From NCBI GenBank assembly GCA_964646495.1, contig CAZYEO010000001.1, positions 383 through 64,382 of the forward strand: a stretch of DNA of 64,000 nucleotides. Reading direction: 5' to 3'. Under the pieces are notes generated by a model. It saw nothing but the letters and a program-made list of their open reading frames with translations. It had not been told where the DNA came from and searched no databases. Of this stretch, positions 11,631 through 20,968 are shown one piece after another; within the stretch, counting starts at the first letter, position 1, and each line of letters opens with the position of its first letter. The stretch comes from an uncultured Muribaculaceae bacterium (lineage in GTDB: Bacteria; Bacteroidota; Bacteroidia; Bacteroidales; Muribaculaceae). The position numbers were made by a program, and so were the translations under genes.

Positions 11631-14159
11631 ATGGAGATTGAAAGAAATAAACAGAATGCTTTTGTAAGAGTATTCAATAATAAGACCGCACTCTACAACG
11701 TAATTGCAATTGCATTGTTTGCGCTTATATCATGGTTGTATTTTTATCCCGATGCAATTGAGGGGAATATACTAAAACAGCATGATGTGCTGCAAGGGAT
11801 AGCCATAGGACAAGAGGGAAAGGCTTTTACGGAAGAAACCGGAGAAACAACTCGCTGGACTAATTCATTATTCGGAGGGATGCCTAACTTTCAAATTTCG
11901 CCATCCTATGAAAGTAGTAAATTGATAAGTTGGTTAAGTAAGGCATATAGTCTATGGTTGCCTTCGCCTGTGAATCTGGTGTTTATCATGATGCTTGGAT
12001 TTTATATCCTGCTTTTGGCATTTAAGGTGAAATGGTATATTGCTATTCCGGGAGCATTAGCCTATGCGTTCTCGTCATATTTCTTCATCATAATAGGGGC
12101 AGGGCATATATGGAAATATATCACCCTTGCCTATATTCCTCCAACCATTGCCGGAATTGTGTGGTGTTACCGAGGCAAATACTTTTCAGGGGCAGCTGTG
12201 GCAGCGTTTTTTGCTATGTTGCAAATTGCTTCCAATCACGTGCAAATGTCATATTATTTCATGTTTGTGATCATAGCAATCTCAATAGCTTTCCTTGTGT
12301 CGGCAATAAAAGAGAAAAAATCTATGTCATGGGTGAAATCTACAATAGTACTTATATGTGCTGCCATTCTTGCTGTGGCTGCTAATGCCCCCAATCTATA
12401 CAACACCTATGAATATAGTAAGGAAACTATGCGTGGTGGACATTCGGAGCTTACAAAACCGGGAGAATCGGTGAAAACTTCTTCCAATGGACTAAATAAA
12501 GATTACATTACTGCTTGGAGCTATGGTGTGGATGAAACCTTATCTCTTATCATTCCAAATGTAAAAGGTGGTGCTTCGGTGAAACCTGAAAAGGGGGAAA
12601 ATAAGCCGATGCCACTTTCGGCAGCATCTAAAGCGAAAGAGATGCTCAATTATCATGAAATAGATGGTGATGTGTATCAATACTTAGGACAATTCCCACA
12701 ATACTTTGGTGATCAACCCGGAACGAATGGACCCGTGTATGTGGGTGCATTGATATTCGTGTTTTTTATTCTTGGTTGTATAATTGTGAAAGGACCTATG
12801 AAATGGGCTCTTCTTGCTGCTACGATATTCTCTATAGTATTGTCGTGGGGACATAACTTTATGATGGTTACCGATTGGTTTATTGATTATATGCCTATGT
12901 ATAATAAATTTAGAACGGTATCGAGTATCCTTGTAATAGCAGAATTTACAATGCCTTTGCTTGCTATATTGGCAATACAAAAATTGGTGAGTGAGAAAAA
13001 ATTCTTTGAAAAATATCGCAATCCATTATTTATTTCTTTTGGCTTAACGGCATTTATATGCATATTATTATGGCTCATGCCACAGTTCCTCGGCTCTCCA
13101 TATTCGGTAATGGAACGTGATGCTTATATTACTTCGGGAATGGCACAACAATATCCACAACTTTTTGCGGCAGTGGAAGCTGTACGTTATCAGATGGTTT
13201 CGAGCGATGCACTTAGAAGTCTATTTGTCGTGTTACTTGGGTTTGGAGTATTGGTAGTATTGGCGATGGGATATATAAAAACAAAAATTGCATGTGTAAT
13301 ACTCGGAGCTATCGTGCTGGGTGATTTATATCTTGTGAATAAACGCTATCTAAACACCGACTCATTCCTCCCGGCTCCATTGACTCAATCCGAAAAAATT
13401 GTACCGAGATTAGTAGATCGACAAATTCTCATGGATACTTCAATGAATTATCGTGTATTAGATCAATCTCGTTTTGGCGATGCAATGCCCTCTTATTTCC
13501 ATAAGACAATCGGAGGTTATCATGCTGCAAAATTATCGAGGTATCAAGACCTCATGGATACTTATATTGTGAGTGAAAATCCAAATCCGGCAGTCATTGA
13601 TATGCTAAATGCGAAATATGTTGTGATGAATGACACTTTAGCGCAGGTGAATCCCTATGCTATGGGTAACGCATGGTTTGTGGAGGGTATTGAGTACACC
13701 TCTACTCCAGATGAAGAGATGACATTGTTGGGTAAGATAAATCCTGCTACTCATGCGGTAGCAGATAAAAAATTTGAAGCTGCGCTCGGAAATAGTATTC
13801 CACAAAAAATGCCAGGAGATACTATATTTGAAACTTCATATGCCCCGAATAAGCTCACATATCACGCAAATACCCAAAATGGTGCTTTAGCCGTGTTCTC
13901 CGAGATATACTTCCCATGGGGATGGATTGCTACCATTGACGGGAAAGAAGTCCCTATTGGGCGGGTAAACTATGTTCTACGCGCAATGAAAATTCCAGCC
14001 GGTAGTCATACTATTGAAATGCGCTTCGATCCGCAATCGGTGAAAGTAACCGAGACTATTGCTTATATTGCTATTCTATTGATATATGCGCTGATTGTAA
14101 TGACATTGGTAGGTGTGGGCAAAAAGAAAGAGAGCGACAAAATTATTATTAAAGAATAA
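11631..14159 (+). CDS. YfhO-family polytopic membrane protein (putative glycosyl-transfer/glycan-modifying membrane protein)
   Basis: 842 aa from the ATG at 11631 (the track start at 11568 is TTG). It has many TM segments, a large C-terminal extracytoplasmic domain and a final TM. The family assignment rests on overall architecture and remembered similarity to Bacteroidetes YfhO proteins. Confidence 0.7.
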   Translation: MEIERNKQNAFVRVFNNKTALYNVIAIALFALISWLYFYPDAIEGNILKQHDVLQGIAIGQEGKAFTEETGETTRWTNSLFGGMPNFQISPSYESSKLISWLSKAYSLWLPSPVNLVFIMMLGFYILLLAFKVKWYIAIPGALAYAFSSYFFIIIGAGHIWKYITLAYIPPTIAGIVWCYRGKYFSGAAVAAFFAMLQIASNHVQMSYYFMFVIIAISIAFLVSAIKEKKSMSWVKSTIVLICAAILAVAANAPNLYNTYEYSKETMRGGHSELTKPGESVKTSSNGLNKDYITAWSYGVDETLSLIIPNVKGGASVKPEKGENKPMPLSAASKAKEMLNYHEIDGDVYQYLGQFPQYFGDQPGTNGPVYVGALIFVFFILGCIIVKGPMKWALLAATIFSIVLSWGHNFMMVTDWFIDYMPMYNKFRTVSSILVIAEFTMPLLAILAIQKLVSEKKFFEKYRNPLFISFGLTAFICILLWLMPQFLGSPYSVMERDAYITSGMAQQYPQLFAAVEAVRYQMVSSDALRSLFVVLLGFGVLVVLAMGYIKTKIACVILGAIVLGDLYLVNKRYLNTDSFLPAPLTQSEKIVPRLVDRQILMDTSMNYRVLDQSRFGDAMPSYFHKTIGGYHAAKLSRYQDLMDTYIVSENPNPAVIDMLNAKYVVMNDTLAQVNPYAMGNAWFVEGIEYTSTPDEEMTLLGKINPATHAVADKKFEAALGNSIPQKMPGDTIFETSYAPNKLTYHANTQNGALAVFSEIYFPWGWIATIDGKEVPIGRVNYVLRAMKIPAGSHTIEMRFDPQSVKVTETIAYIAILLIYALIVMTLVGVGKKKESDKIIIKE

Positions 14160-14180
14160 AAGGGGTAGAACGGAATAACA

Positions 14181-14897
14181 GTGAATCGCATAAGAAGATA
14201 TTATTCGGCGTTGAGCCGTTACCATAAAAGTAACGGATATGGTATTCATTCCCCATTTGCGTTTAATTTTGTGTTAAGAGTGCTAAGAGAGCGATGTCCG
14301 TATTATGCTTATACAGAAATAGAAGCATTGCGAAGGAGTGTGATACAACGTACCCGTCGATACGGCAGACATCCTCGTATAATATCATTCAAGAATGCAA
14401 AGCTATTGTTTCGTGTAGTGAATTATGCCAATCCGAAAGTGATATTGCAATTTGGAACCAGCTATGGAGTATCTACTGCAAGTATGCTTTCGGTGTCTTC
14501 ACGTTCAAAAATTGTTCTTTTCGAGCCGCATTTGTCGGATTATGAAGTTACAGCCTCTGTACTCGGTCCCTTTATGAATCGCATCATGTCGTTTCCCTCT
14601 ATCAATGAATCTATAAAAGGATATAAAAAACTTATAGATAGTGATGATATACCATTTATTCTCATTAATAGTGTGGATGAAAGGGATGCCGAAGCTCTGC
14701 GCTCCTACATTACATCCATAATATCCTCTCAGGGAATAATAGTGATGCGTAATCTTAGTAGAAGTGAATCTATGGCAAATCTATGGGCACATTGTCGTAG
14801 TAGAGCGAGGTATGGTATGGCATTTAGCAATGAAAAAATTGCTGTGATAGTATCCAATCCAAAATTACCTCGACAGGAATATTCATTATGGTTTTAA
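14181..14897 (+). CDS. Hypothetical protein, class I SAM-dependent methyltransferase-like
   Basis: 238 aa with a GTG start. The N-terminal GIHSPFAFNFV motif and the ILQFGTSYGVSTA segment (motif I-like) resemble Bacteroidetes O-methyltransferase-fold proteins. The functional call is weak. Confidence 0.5.
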   Translation: MNRIRRYYSALSRYHKSNGYGIHSPFAFNFVLRVLRERCPYYAYTEIEALRRSVIQRTRRYGRHPRIISFKNAKLLFRVVNYANPKVILQFGTSYGVSTASMLSVSSRSKIVLFEPHLSDYEVTASVLGPFMNRIMSFPSINESIKGYKKLIDSDDIPFILINSVDERDAEALRSYITSIISSQGIIVMRNLSRSESMANLWAHCRSRARYGMAFSNEKIAVIVSNPKLPRQEYSLWF

Positions 14898-15376
14898 AGA
14901 AAATGATACAAAATAAAGAAATAAAATGGGTTGCACTCCCATTTAACGAATTAGCTCCCATGCAAATTTATGATATGCTTTCACTTCGTGCAGAAGTGTT
15001 TGTGGTAGAGCAAGAACAGGCATATCAAGATTTGGATTATCGTGATATGAAGTGTGTACATGTGCTTGGTTACGATTTGGATGGTGTGCTTGCAGCACAT
15101 TGTAGAGTATTCCCGATTGGTGGGTATTATGATGATGGCTGCATCGGTAGGGTGGTAGTAAAGCCATCTCACCGAGGAACCGGATTAGGTCACGTGTTGA
15201 TTGAAAAGGGGCTTGAAGCACATTATGCCCTGAATGGAGATGAGGCTTCTGTTTCCATATCGGCACAACTGCGATTGCGTGATTTTTATGAAGCACACGG
15301 ATTCCTGAAAGCATCCACCTGCTATCAAGAGGACAATATTCCCCATATAAAAATGACCAAAGCAGTTCCTAAATAA
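14888..15376 (+). CDS. GNAT family N-acetyltransferase (ElaA-like)
   Basis: 162 aa. ElaA-type pattern YDMLSLRAEVFVVEQEQAYQDLD and acetyl-CoA site RVVVKPSHRGTGLGHVLIE. The start overlaps the stop of the upstream gene (ATGGTTTTAA). Confidence 0.8.
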   Translation: MVLKKMIQNKEIKWVALPFNELAPMQIYDMLSLRAEVFVVEQEQAYQDLDYRDMKCVHVLGYDLDGVLAAHCRVFPIGGYYDDGCIGRVVVKPSHRGTGLGHVLIEKGLEAHYALNGDEASVSISAQLRLRDFYEAHGFLKASTCYQEDNIPHIKMTKAVPK

Positions 15377-15404
15377 GTATTTTGGATTAATATCATCTTT
15401 GAAT

Positions 15405-15691
15405 ATGATAGTATCTTTGCCGGACGATAGCGTAAAAACAGTGACCTATGTTGATTTGGATTGATATATGGGACGGTGGTATGAGATAGCAAGATATCCG
15501 CAATGGTATGAAAAAGGACTCACGGACGTTTCAACCATCTATACCCAAAAAGAGGGATATGTAGAGGTCGTAAATTCAGGTTATAAGAATGGACTATTTC
15601 CACTGCTCTTTACCTCACAATTACAAAACGCGCAAAAGAATCGGGGTTCGACCTGTCCAAATTAGTAAAAATGCAGTTTAAGCAGCAATAA
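15405..15691 (+). pseudogene. blc: Decayed bacterial lipocalin (Blc-like) gene
   Basis: The reading MIVSLPDDSVKTVTYVDLD-TGA-YMGRWYEIARYPQWYEKGL carries the lipocalin GxWYEIAR motif, interrupted by an in-frame TGA. After about 45 aa the frame is lost. A different frame then reads ...AKESGFDLSKLVKMQFKQQ-stop, which matches the Blc C-terminus. About 100 central codons are missing. Confidence 0.7.
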
Positions 15692-15712
15692 AAATTTAAT
15701 GATAAACGAAAA

Positions 15713-15746
15713 AATCATTGCACTTTATAATGCAATGATTTTTTGT
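15713..15746. terminator. Bidirectional rho-independent terminator between the lipocalin relic and manC
   Basis: Perfect 10-bp stem, aatcattgca (15713-15722) with tgcaatgatt (15731-15740). An A-run lies upstream and TTTTGTTT downstream. Confidence 0.7.
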
Positions 15747-15770
15747 TTCATTTGTGCTACGAGGGCATAA

Positions 15771-16850
15771 TTATAGAAATTTATCGCCAAATTCTGCCTT
15801 AATATCGTTTACGTAGAGTTTTATTTTTTGTTCTTCAGCCATTGGGCATATAAGTAACACATCGTTGGTGTCAGCCACAATATAATCGCTCAAGCCAGAA
15901 ATTACAATTAATTTATCACCTTTTCCGGCTATCATATTGTTTTTGCAATCGTAGAGACGTGCGCTGCAATTTTGTGTCACATTGCCATCTTTAGATTTCT
16001 GCGAATTGTCGTATAGTGATCCCCACGTGCCAAGATCGTTCCATCCGAAATCCACACATTCGACATATACGTTTGATGCCTTTTCCATGATAGCAAAATC
16101 AATCGAGATATTGGGGCATGATGAAAATTCCTGATGAATAAATTCGTTTTCGGTTGCTGTTCCGAAGTAATCCATTCCTTTATCAAATTGGCAACAGATT
16201 TCGGGAGCATGCTCGCGGAATGCGCTGATAATACTTTTTGCACTCCATAAAAATATGCCAGAGTTCCAGAAAAACTCACCGCTATTCAAGAATATTTTGG
16301 CTAATTCAAGATTCGGTTTTTCGGTAAATGTTTTTACTTTTGAGATGCCGGGACAGTATTCTTCATCAATTTGAATATATCCATATCCGGTTTCTGGGCG
16401 TGATGGCTTGATGCCGAGAGTGAGAAGAGCCGGATTGGATTCAACAAAATCGAATCCTTTGTTAATGCTTTCACGGAATGCATCCTCACGCAATATGAGG
16501 TGATCGCTGGGGGCAACCATCATTGACGCTTTAGGATTTATGGCATGAATATGATATGCCGCCCATGCAATACATGGAGCAGTGTTGCGGCGATCCGGTT
16601 CCAGAAGTATTTGGCTGTCCTTTAACTGTGGGAGTTGTTCACGCACCAAGGGAGCATATATCTCATTGGTGACTATTATTATATTCTCAGGAGGAACAAT
16701 CCCTTCTAATCTATCATAACTCATCTGCAAGAGCGATCTGCCAGTGCCGAAGAAGTCAATGAACTGTTTAGGGAGATTTGTGCGGCTATAAGGCCAGAAA
16801 CGGCTTCCGACGCCCCCTCCCATAATCACGCAATACCGATTATTTTCCAT
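15771..16850 (-). CDS. manC: Mannose-1-phosphate guanylyltransferase
   Basis: 359 aa. It has the nucleotidyltransferase motif VIMGGGVGSRFWPYSR and LPKQF. The length fits the short GMP form without a PMI domain. Confidence 0.85.
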   Translation of the reverse strand: MENNRYCVIMGGGVGSRFWPYSRTNLPKQFIDFFGTGRSLLQMSYDRLEGIVPPENIIIVTNEIYAPLVREQLPQLKDSQILLEPDRRNTAPCIAWAAYHIHAINPKASMMVAPSDHLILREDAFRESINKGFDFVESNPALLTLGIKPSRPETGYGYIQIDEEYCPGISKVKTFTEKPNLELAKIFLNSGEFFWNSGIFLWSAKSIISAFREHAPEICCQFDKGMDYFGTATENEFIHQEFSSCPNISIDFAIMEKASNVYVECVDFGWNDLGTWGSLYDNSQKSKDGNVTQNCSARLYDCKNNMIAGKGDKLIVISGLSDYIVADTNDVLLICPMAEEQKIKLYVNDIKAEFGDKFL

Positions 16851-16990
16851 TGATATACTGGTTTAATGTTATCAATTTACCATAGATTGTCTATGATATT
16901 TTCATTTGCTAAGATAAATATAAAAAAGGGGGTTACCAAATTCTAAAACATAAATTATATGTATTGTGAATACCGGCTTACTATGGATAT

Positions 16991-17033
16991 AAAAAAGCGA
17001 GACTACCTGATTTATTCAAGTAGTCCCGCTTTT
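16991..17033 (-). terminator. Rho-independent terminator of the ppiD-like gene
   Basis: The stem pairs aaagcgagactac (16994-17006) with gtagtcccgcttt (17020-17032), with one mismatch. On the minus strand it is followed by a T-run (plus-strand A-run 16991-16996). Confidence 0.6.
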
Positions 17034-17053
17034 ATAGGATTATGTGGATATGA

Positions 17054-19117
17054 TTAATAGAATTTAATCATCTCATTTTTTACTTCAGTTGAGTTGCGTA
17101 GAATATCTACAGCCTTTTGCATTACTGCTTGTCCACCGCGAATTGCTGAGAATCTGTCGCCACTTTGAGCTGGTGTGAGGCTTGGAGCTTGATCGTTTTT
17201 GCCGGTAACTTGGAATACATATACTCCAAAATTACCTTTCACCGGACCTACTAATTCTCCTGTTTTAGCTACAGGAACACGACCGAGCAATGCTGGTTCC
17301 ATTCCGATCATTGGGATATATGGTTGAGCGAATGTAACCGAAGTTGTATCTACCGAAGTGCTCATTACTTGTGCGTATCCTGCAATGTCTTTTGCCTTTC
17401 CTTTGTATTGTGACATAAGGTTTTCAGCCTTTTTATCGCGGATAATTTCGTTGGTAAGAGCTGTGCGCAAATCTTTGTCGGTAACAGGTGTGTAGCCTTC
17501 TTCGATAACTTCGTCGATTGCTACTACAACCATCTTATTGTTTGATTCTTTATCGAATATTGATGAAACATTTCCTACTTCGCCACCGAAAGCCCATTGG
17601 ATAGCTTTGCGAGTGTAAGGAATACGATCAATCTGAGCCGATGCCGGAGTTATTACAGTTTCAACAGCTTGATATCCGGCAGGAATAGCTTTTTCAGTAA
17701 ATGTTTTGTTTGTATTGTTTTGCGTAATGTATGTTTGAAGATTATCGCGCAAATTTTGTATAGTAGTTTCACTTGGGAATACTTTGTAAGAAACTTCAGC
17801 TATTTCATACATTTGTTTAGGAGCTTTCTTTTCAGTTACTTGAAGAAGCATTGCACCTTGATCCGAAGAATTTAGAGCAAAATATTCAGCGCCTGCACCA
17901 AGAATCTTAGTTTTTATTTCTTGAGATTCTGCACCTGCTTGCATTATAGATTGCCACATATCCATTTGAGCTGTTACACCTTTAATTTTTTGAATATCAG
18001 CTATCGGTTTACCTGCATTAAGCATTTTGAGTACTGAATCTTGGAGTGTCTTATTACCTTCTACACCTACCATATTCATTTTTACAGAATCTGTTTCGAC
18101 TTTTTTGCCGATAAGTTTTGTCAATGAATAAGTATCTCCGATATGTTTAACAGGAGTTAGTGCTTCAACCTCAGAAGTAAGGATAAATTCTTTAACTTGA
18201 GGGTCGTTGATGTCGCTTGCACGCACAACACGTTGGTTGATCGAAAGGTCACTATTATTTCTGATGTCGTCGATACCCGGTTTGCTCTTAAGAATAGCTA
18301 CGGCATCTTCAACTACTTTTTGTGCAGCAGCTTCATCGGTAGCCGATGGCTTAATATCCACTGCTATATAGTGAATGCGACGCATATCAGTGTCTAATTT
18401 ATATTTCTCTTTGTTCTTGTTGTAAAGAGCGTTGATTTCAGCATCAGTTACTTTGAAATCATCGTCTTTGAGCGATGAGTATTCTTTTTTTGCGTAAATG
18501 ATGTTGGATGTAGAAGCGTTCTCTGCATAAAGTGCATTTTTGTCCAAGTCGTTTGCTTGTACAGCTCCAGTGATGAGATTAGCTAACTTCATGTATTGGA
18601 GGGTTTTCTCCATTTCGTTTTCACGTTTCATCCATTCGGCACGAGCAGGAGCAATACTTTCTTCTGGAATACCGTAGTTTGAAGGGTTGAAAATCATGTC
18701 GTAGAGTTGAGCAGGAGTTTGTGCACCCATTTGTTGTGCAAATTGCACCATTCTTGGGTTGGCATTTTTACCTACCATCGCTTCTGTAAGTTCTTCTTGG
18801 CTCACATAGATGTCAAGGTCTTCAACTTCTTTGTCAAGAAGAATCTCCTGAATCATGCCGTTAAGCACTTGTTGTTGTACCAATGCAGGATCAACCGATT
18901 GGTTGTTTTGCTGCATCATTTGGCTTTCCTCTTCGTAGCGTTTTTGAAACTCTTGGATGTCAATTTTTTTACTACCTACTTGGGCTGCCATGTTTGTATT
19001 CCCGAAAAGAGTTCTTCCATTGGATAAGAAGTCGCCGAGAATAAAGGCGACAAGCGCTACGCCGATCACTATAGTCAATAGTGCGGCTTTACTTCTGATT
19101 TTCTCTAATGTTGCCAT
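17054..19117 (-). CDS. ppiD: Periplasmic chaperone / peptidyl-prolyl isomerase PpiD-like (SurA N-terminal domain protein)
   Basis: 687 aa. The N-terminal anchor MATLEKIRSKAALLTIVIGVALVAFILGDF is typical of PpiD, followed by a long chaperone region and a parvulin-like C-terminal part. Confidence 0.75.
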   Translation of the reverse strand: MATLEKIRSKAALLTIVIGVALVAFILGDFLSNGRTLFGNTNMAAQVGSKKIDIQEFQKRYEEESQMMQQNNQSVDPALVQQQVLNGMIQEILLDKEVEDLDIYVSQEELTEAMVGKNANPRMVQFAQQMGAQTPAQLYDMIFNPSNYGIPEESIAPARAEWMKRENEMEKTLQYMKLANLITGAVQANDLDKNALYAENASTSNIIYAKKEYSSLKDDDFKVTDAEINALYNKNKEKYKLDTDMRRIHYIAVDIKPSATDEAAAQKVVEDAVAILKSKPGIDDIRNNSDLSINQRVVRASDINDPQVKEFILTSEVEALTPVKHIGDTYSLTKLIGKKVETDSVKMNMVGVEGNKTLQDSVLKMLNAGKPIADIQKIKGVTAQMDMWQSIMQAGAESQEIKTKILGAGAEYFALNSSDQGAMLLQVTEKKAPKQMYEIAEVSYKVFPSETTIQNLRDNLQTYITQNNTNKTFTEKAIPAGYQAVETVITPASAQIDRIPYTRKAIQWAFGGEVGNVSSIFDKESNNKMVVVAIDEVIEEGYTPVTDKDLRTALTNEIIRDKKAENLMSQYKGKAKDIAGYAQVMSTSVDTTSVTFAQPYIPMIGMEPALLGRVPVAKTGELVGPVKGNFGVYVFQVTGKNDQAPSLTPAQSGDRFSAIRGGQAVMQKAVDILRNSTEVKNEMIKFY

Positions 19118-19279
19118 TTAAAATATGATCTTTTTTTAGTTTTCAATTTTTATTCTTCAATGTGCTTCGCATGCAATGAATTTTTTCGTTGCATAAACGT
19201 TGCCCAGTGTAATATTAAATAATCATTTACTGTGTAATAGCTGTGCCTTTTACTCCTATATCATGGTTATTTAAGCACG

Positions 19280-19310
19280 CAAAGATACCAAAATTTACAT
19301 AACACTCAAA
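19280..19310 (-). promoter_or_regulatory. Bacteroidetes promoter (-7 TATCTTTG, -33 TTTG) for ppiD-like gene
   Basis: Plus-strand CAAAGATA at 19280-19287 and CAAA at 19307-19310 with a 19-nt spacer. It sits about 160 nt upstream of the ATG at 19117. Confidence 0.45.
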
Positions 19311-19391
19311 ATTGTAGTATTTTTTTTCTTGTTTTTTTTGAAGGAGTCTTTTTTTTTGAAGAAAATAGTGAGAAAATATTGGTACATAGGA

Positions 19392-19429
19392 GCAAAAAAG
19401 AGGAGCGCATAAATCGTTATGCACTCCTC
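19392..19429 (-). terminator. Rho-independent terminator of metK
   Basis: The stem pairs gaggagcgcataa (19400-19412) with ttatgcactcctc (19417-19429), with one G-U pair. The minus strand continues with TTTTTTGCT. Confidence 0.75.
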
Positions 19430-19448
19430 TCAAGATGTTTATTGGATG

Positions 19449-20738
19449 TTATAAACCGAACGCTGCTTTGAGCGTTGGAACATAATCAAGTTTTTCCCAT
19501 GTGAATAGTTCCACTTCCATCTCTTTCTCTCCTTCGTATTTTGAAGAAAAATGCTTTGTGATGGTTTGCGGCATACGTCCCACATGTCCGTAGGCAGCTG
19601 TTTCTTCGTAAATAGGGTTGCGCAATTTTAGCCTGCGTTCTATCGCTTTGGGGCGAAGATCGAAAATGTCGCTTAATATTGCTGCTATTTCTGCGTCACT
19701 CTGTTTTACTTTTTTAGTGCCGTATGTATTTACACACACACTCACCGGGCGTGCTACACCAATTGCATAGGCTACTTGCACTAAAATTTCATCGGCAATA
19801 CCTGCTGCAATAGCATTTTTGGCAATGTGGCGAGCAGCATAAGCAGCAGAACGGTCTACTTTAGAGGGGTCTTTGCCCGAAAAAGCTCCACCTCCGTGTG
19901 CTCCTTTTCCTCCGTAGGTATCGACGATTATTTTGCGACCGGTAAGTCCGGTGTCTCCATGAGGTCCTCCGATAACAAATTTCCCGGTTGGATTTACATG
20001 AAGTATCAGTTTGTCGTCAAACATGTCCTGTAGCTCTTGTGATAATGTAGCTTTAACACGAGGAATTAATATATCGCGAACATCATCATGTATTTTGGTG
20101 AGCATTTCGGCATCGGCTGCAAGTTGTGCTTCCTGTGATCCGTCGGATGGTAATATAAATTCGTCATGTTGTGTGCTCACTACGATTGTGTGGATGCGCA
20201 CAGGTTTGTTATCTTCATTGTATTCTATCGTCACTTGGCTTTTTGAGTCAGGACGAAGGTAGGTCATCACCTTTCCTTCGCGACGAATATCGGCAAGAGC
20301 TTGGAGCAATTGATGTGAAAGATCGAGAGATAACGGCATGAAGTTTTCGGTTTCGTTGCAGGCATAGCCAAACATCATTCCTTGATCTCCGGCTCCTTGT
20401 TCCTCTTCGTCTATGCGTTCTACTCCACGGTTGATGTCAGCACTCTGTTCATGCAGGGCAGAGAGTACTCCGCAAGAATCGGCATCAAACTTGTATTCGC
20501 TTTTGTTATAGCCAATACGGTTTATCACGTTGCGCGTAACATCCATAAGGTCGATATACGCTTTTGATTTTACTTCGCCTGCCACGATTACTTGACCGGT
20601 GGTGACGAGGGTTTCGCACGCAACTTTCGATTCAGGGTCGAAAGCCATGAATTGGTCGAGCAGCGCATCGCTGATTTGATCGGCAACCTTATCGGGATGC
20701 CCTTCTGAAACTGATTCGGATGTGAATAGATAATTCAT
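19449..20738 (-). CDS. metK: S-adenosylmethionine synthetase
   Basis: Motifs [23 protein letters not shown] and GGGAFSGKD. The ATG at 20738 ([10 protein letters not shown]) is preferred over the TTG at 20747. Confidence 0.97.
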   Translation of the reverse strand: MNYLFTSESVSEGHPDKVADQISDALLDQFMAFDPESKVACETLVTTGQVIVAGEVKSKAYIDLMDVTRNVINRIGYNKSEYKFDADSCGVLSALHEQSADINRGVERIDEEEQGAGDQGMMFGYACNETENFMPLSLDLSHQLLQALADIRREGKVMTYLRPDSKSQVTIEYNEDNKPVRIHTIVVSTQHDEFILPSDGSQEAQLAADAEMLTKIHDDVRDILIPRVKATLSQELQDMFDDKLILHVNPTGKFVIGGPHGDTGLTGRKIIVDTYGGKGAHGGGAFSGKDPSKVDRSAAYAARHIAKNAIAAGIADEILVQVAYAIGVARPVSVCVNTYGTKKVKQSDAEIAAILSDIFDLRPKAIERRLKLRNPIYEETAAYGHVGRMPQTITKHFSSKYEGEKEMEVELFTWEKLDYVPTLKAAFGL

Positions 20739-20883
20739 TTTTTCCAATTTTTTAGGGTGGAAAAAATGCTAAGCAATAACTATGAATTACTTGGGAATTG
20801 TAGTTCGCAGTTTTTAGCATTTTTTATCGTGGTTGCAAGCAGCCAAATTTTTCCACTGGGTTAATAAAAATATTTTATCGCCA

Positions 20884-20891
20884 CAAAGATA
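20884..20891 (-). promoter_or_regulatory. Bacteroidetes -7 box TATCTTTG upstream of metK
   Basis: Plus-strand CAAAGATA. It implies a 5' leader of about 135-140 nt for metK. Confidence 0.4.
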
Positions 20892-20968
20892 ATATTCTAC
20901 CTACCTATATTGCACATAAATGGTGTTAAATATATCCAATGCCATTATATTATAAACCAAATTTGTTT

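Noticed and set aside
9318-13078. Multiple 60-120-aa ORFs nested in topA and the YfhO gene on either strand
   Set aside because: They are embedded in long, motif-supported CDSs and have no independent support. The same reasoning applies to the nested ORFs inside metK, ychF, susC, GH3, GH81, ald and the SulP gene.
15468-15665. 65-aa ORF as an intact small gene
   Set aside because: It is the N-terminal fragment of a decayed lipocalin. It has an upstream in-frame stop, a missing barrel, and a C-terminus in another frame.
19318-19361. Tandem T-rich repeats (ttttttttgaag twice) between the ppiD-like gene and metK
   Set aside because: This is low-complexity A/T-tract DNA in a promoter-upstream region. 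It is probably a curved-DNA or UP-like element with no evidence of a discrete feature.
20739-20891. Calling the metK leader a SAM-I or a definite SAM-II riboswitch
   Set aside because: SAM-I core motifs are absent, and the 3' AAAGCU pseudoknot element of SAM-II as I remember it is not matched (AAUGCU instead). Class assignment needs a covariance-model search.
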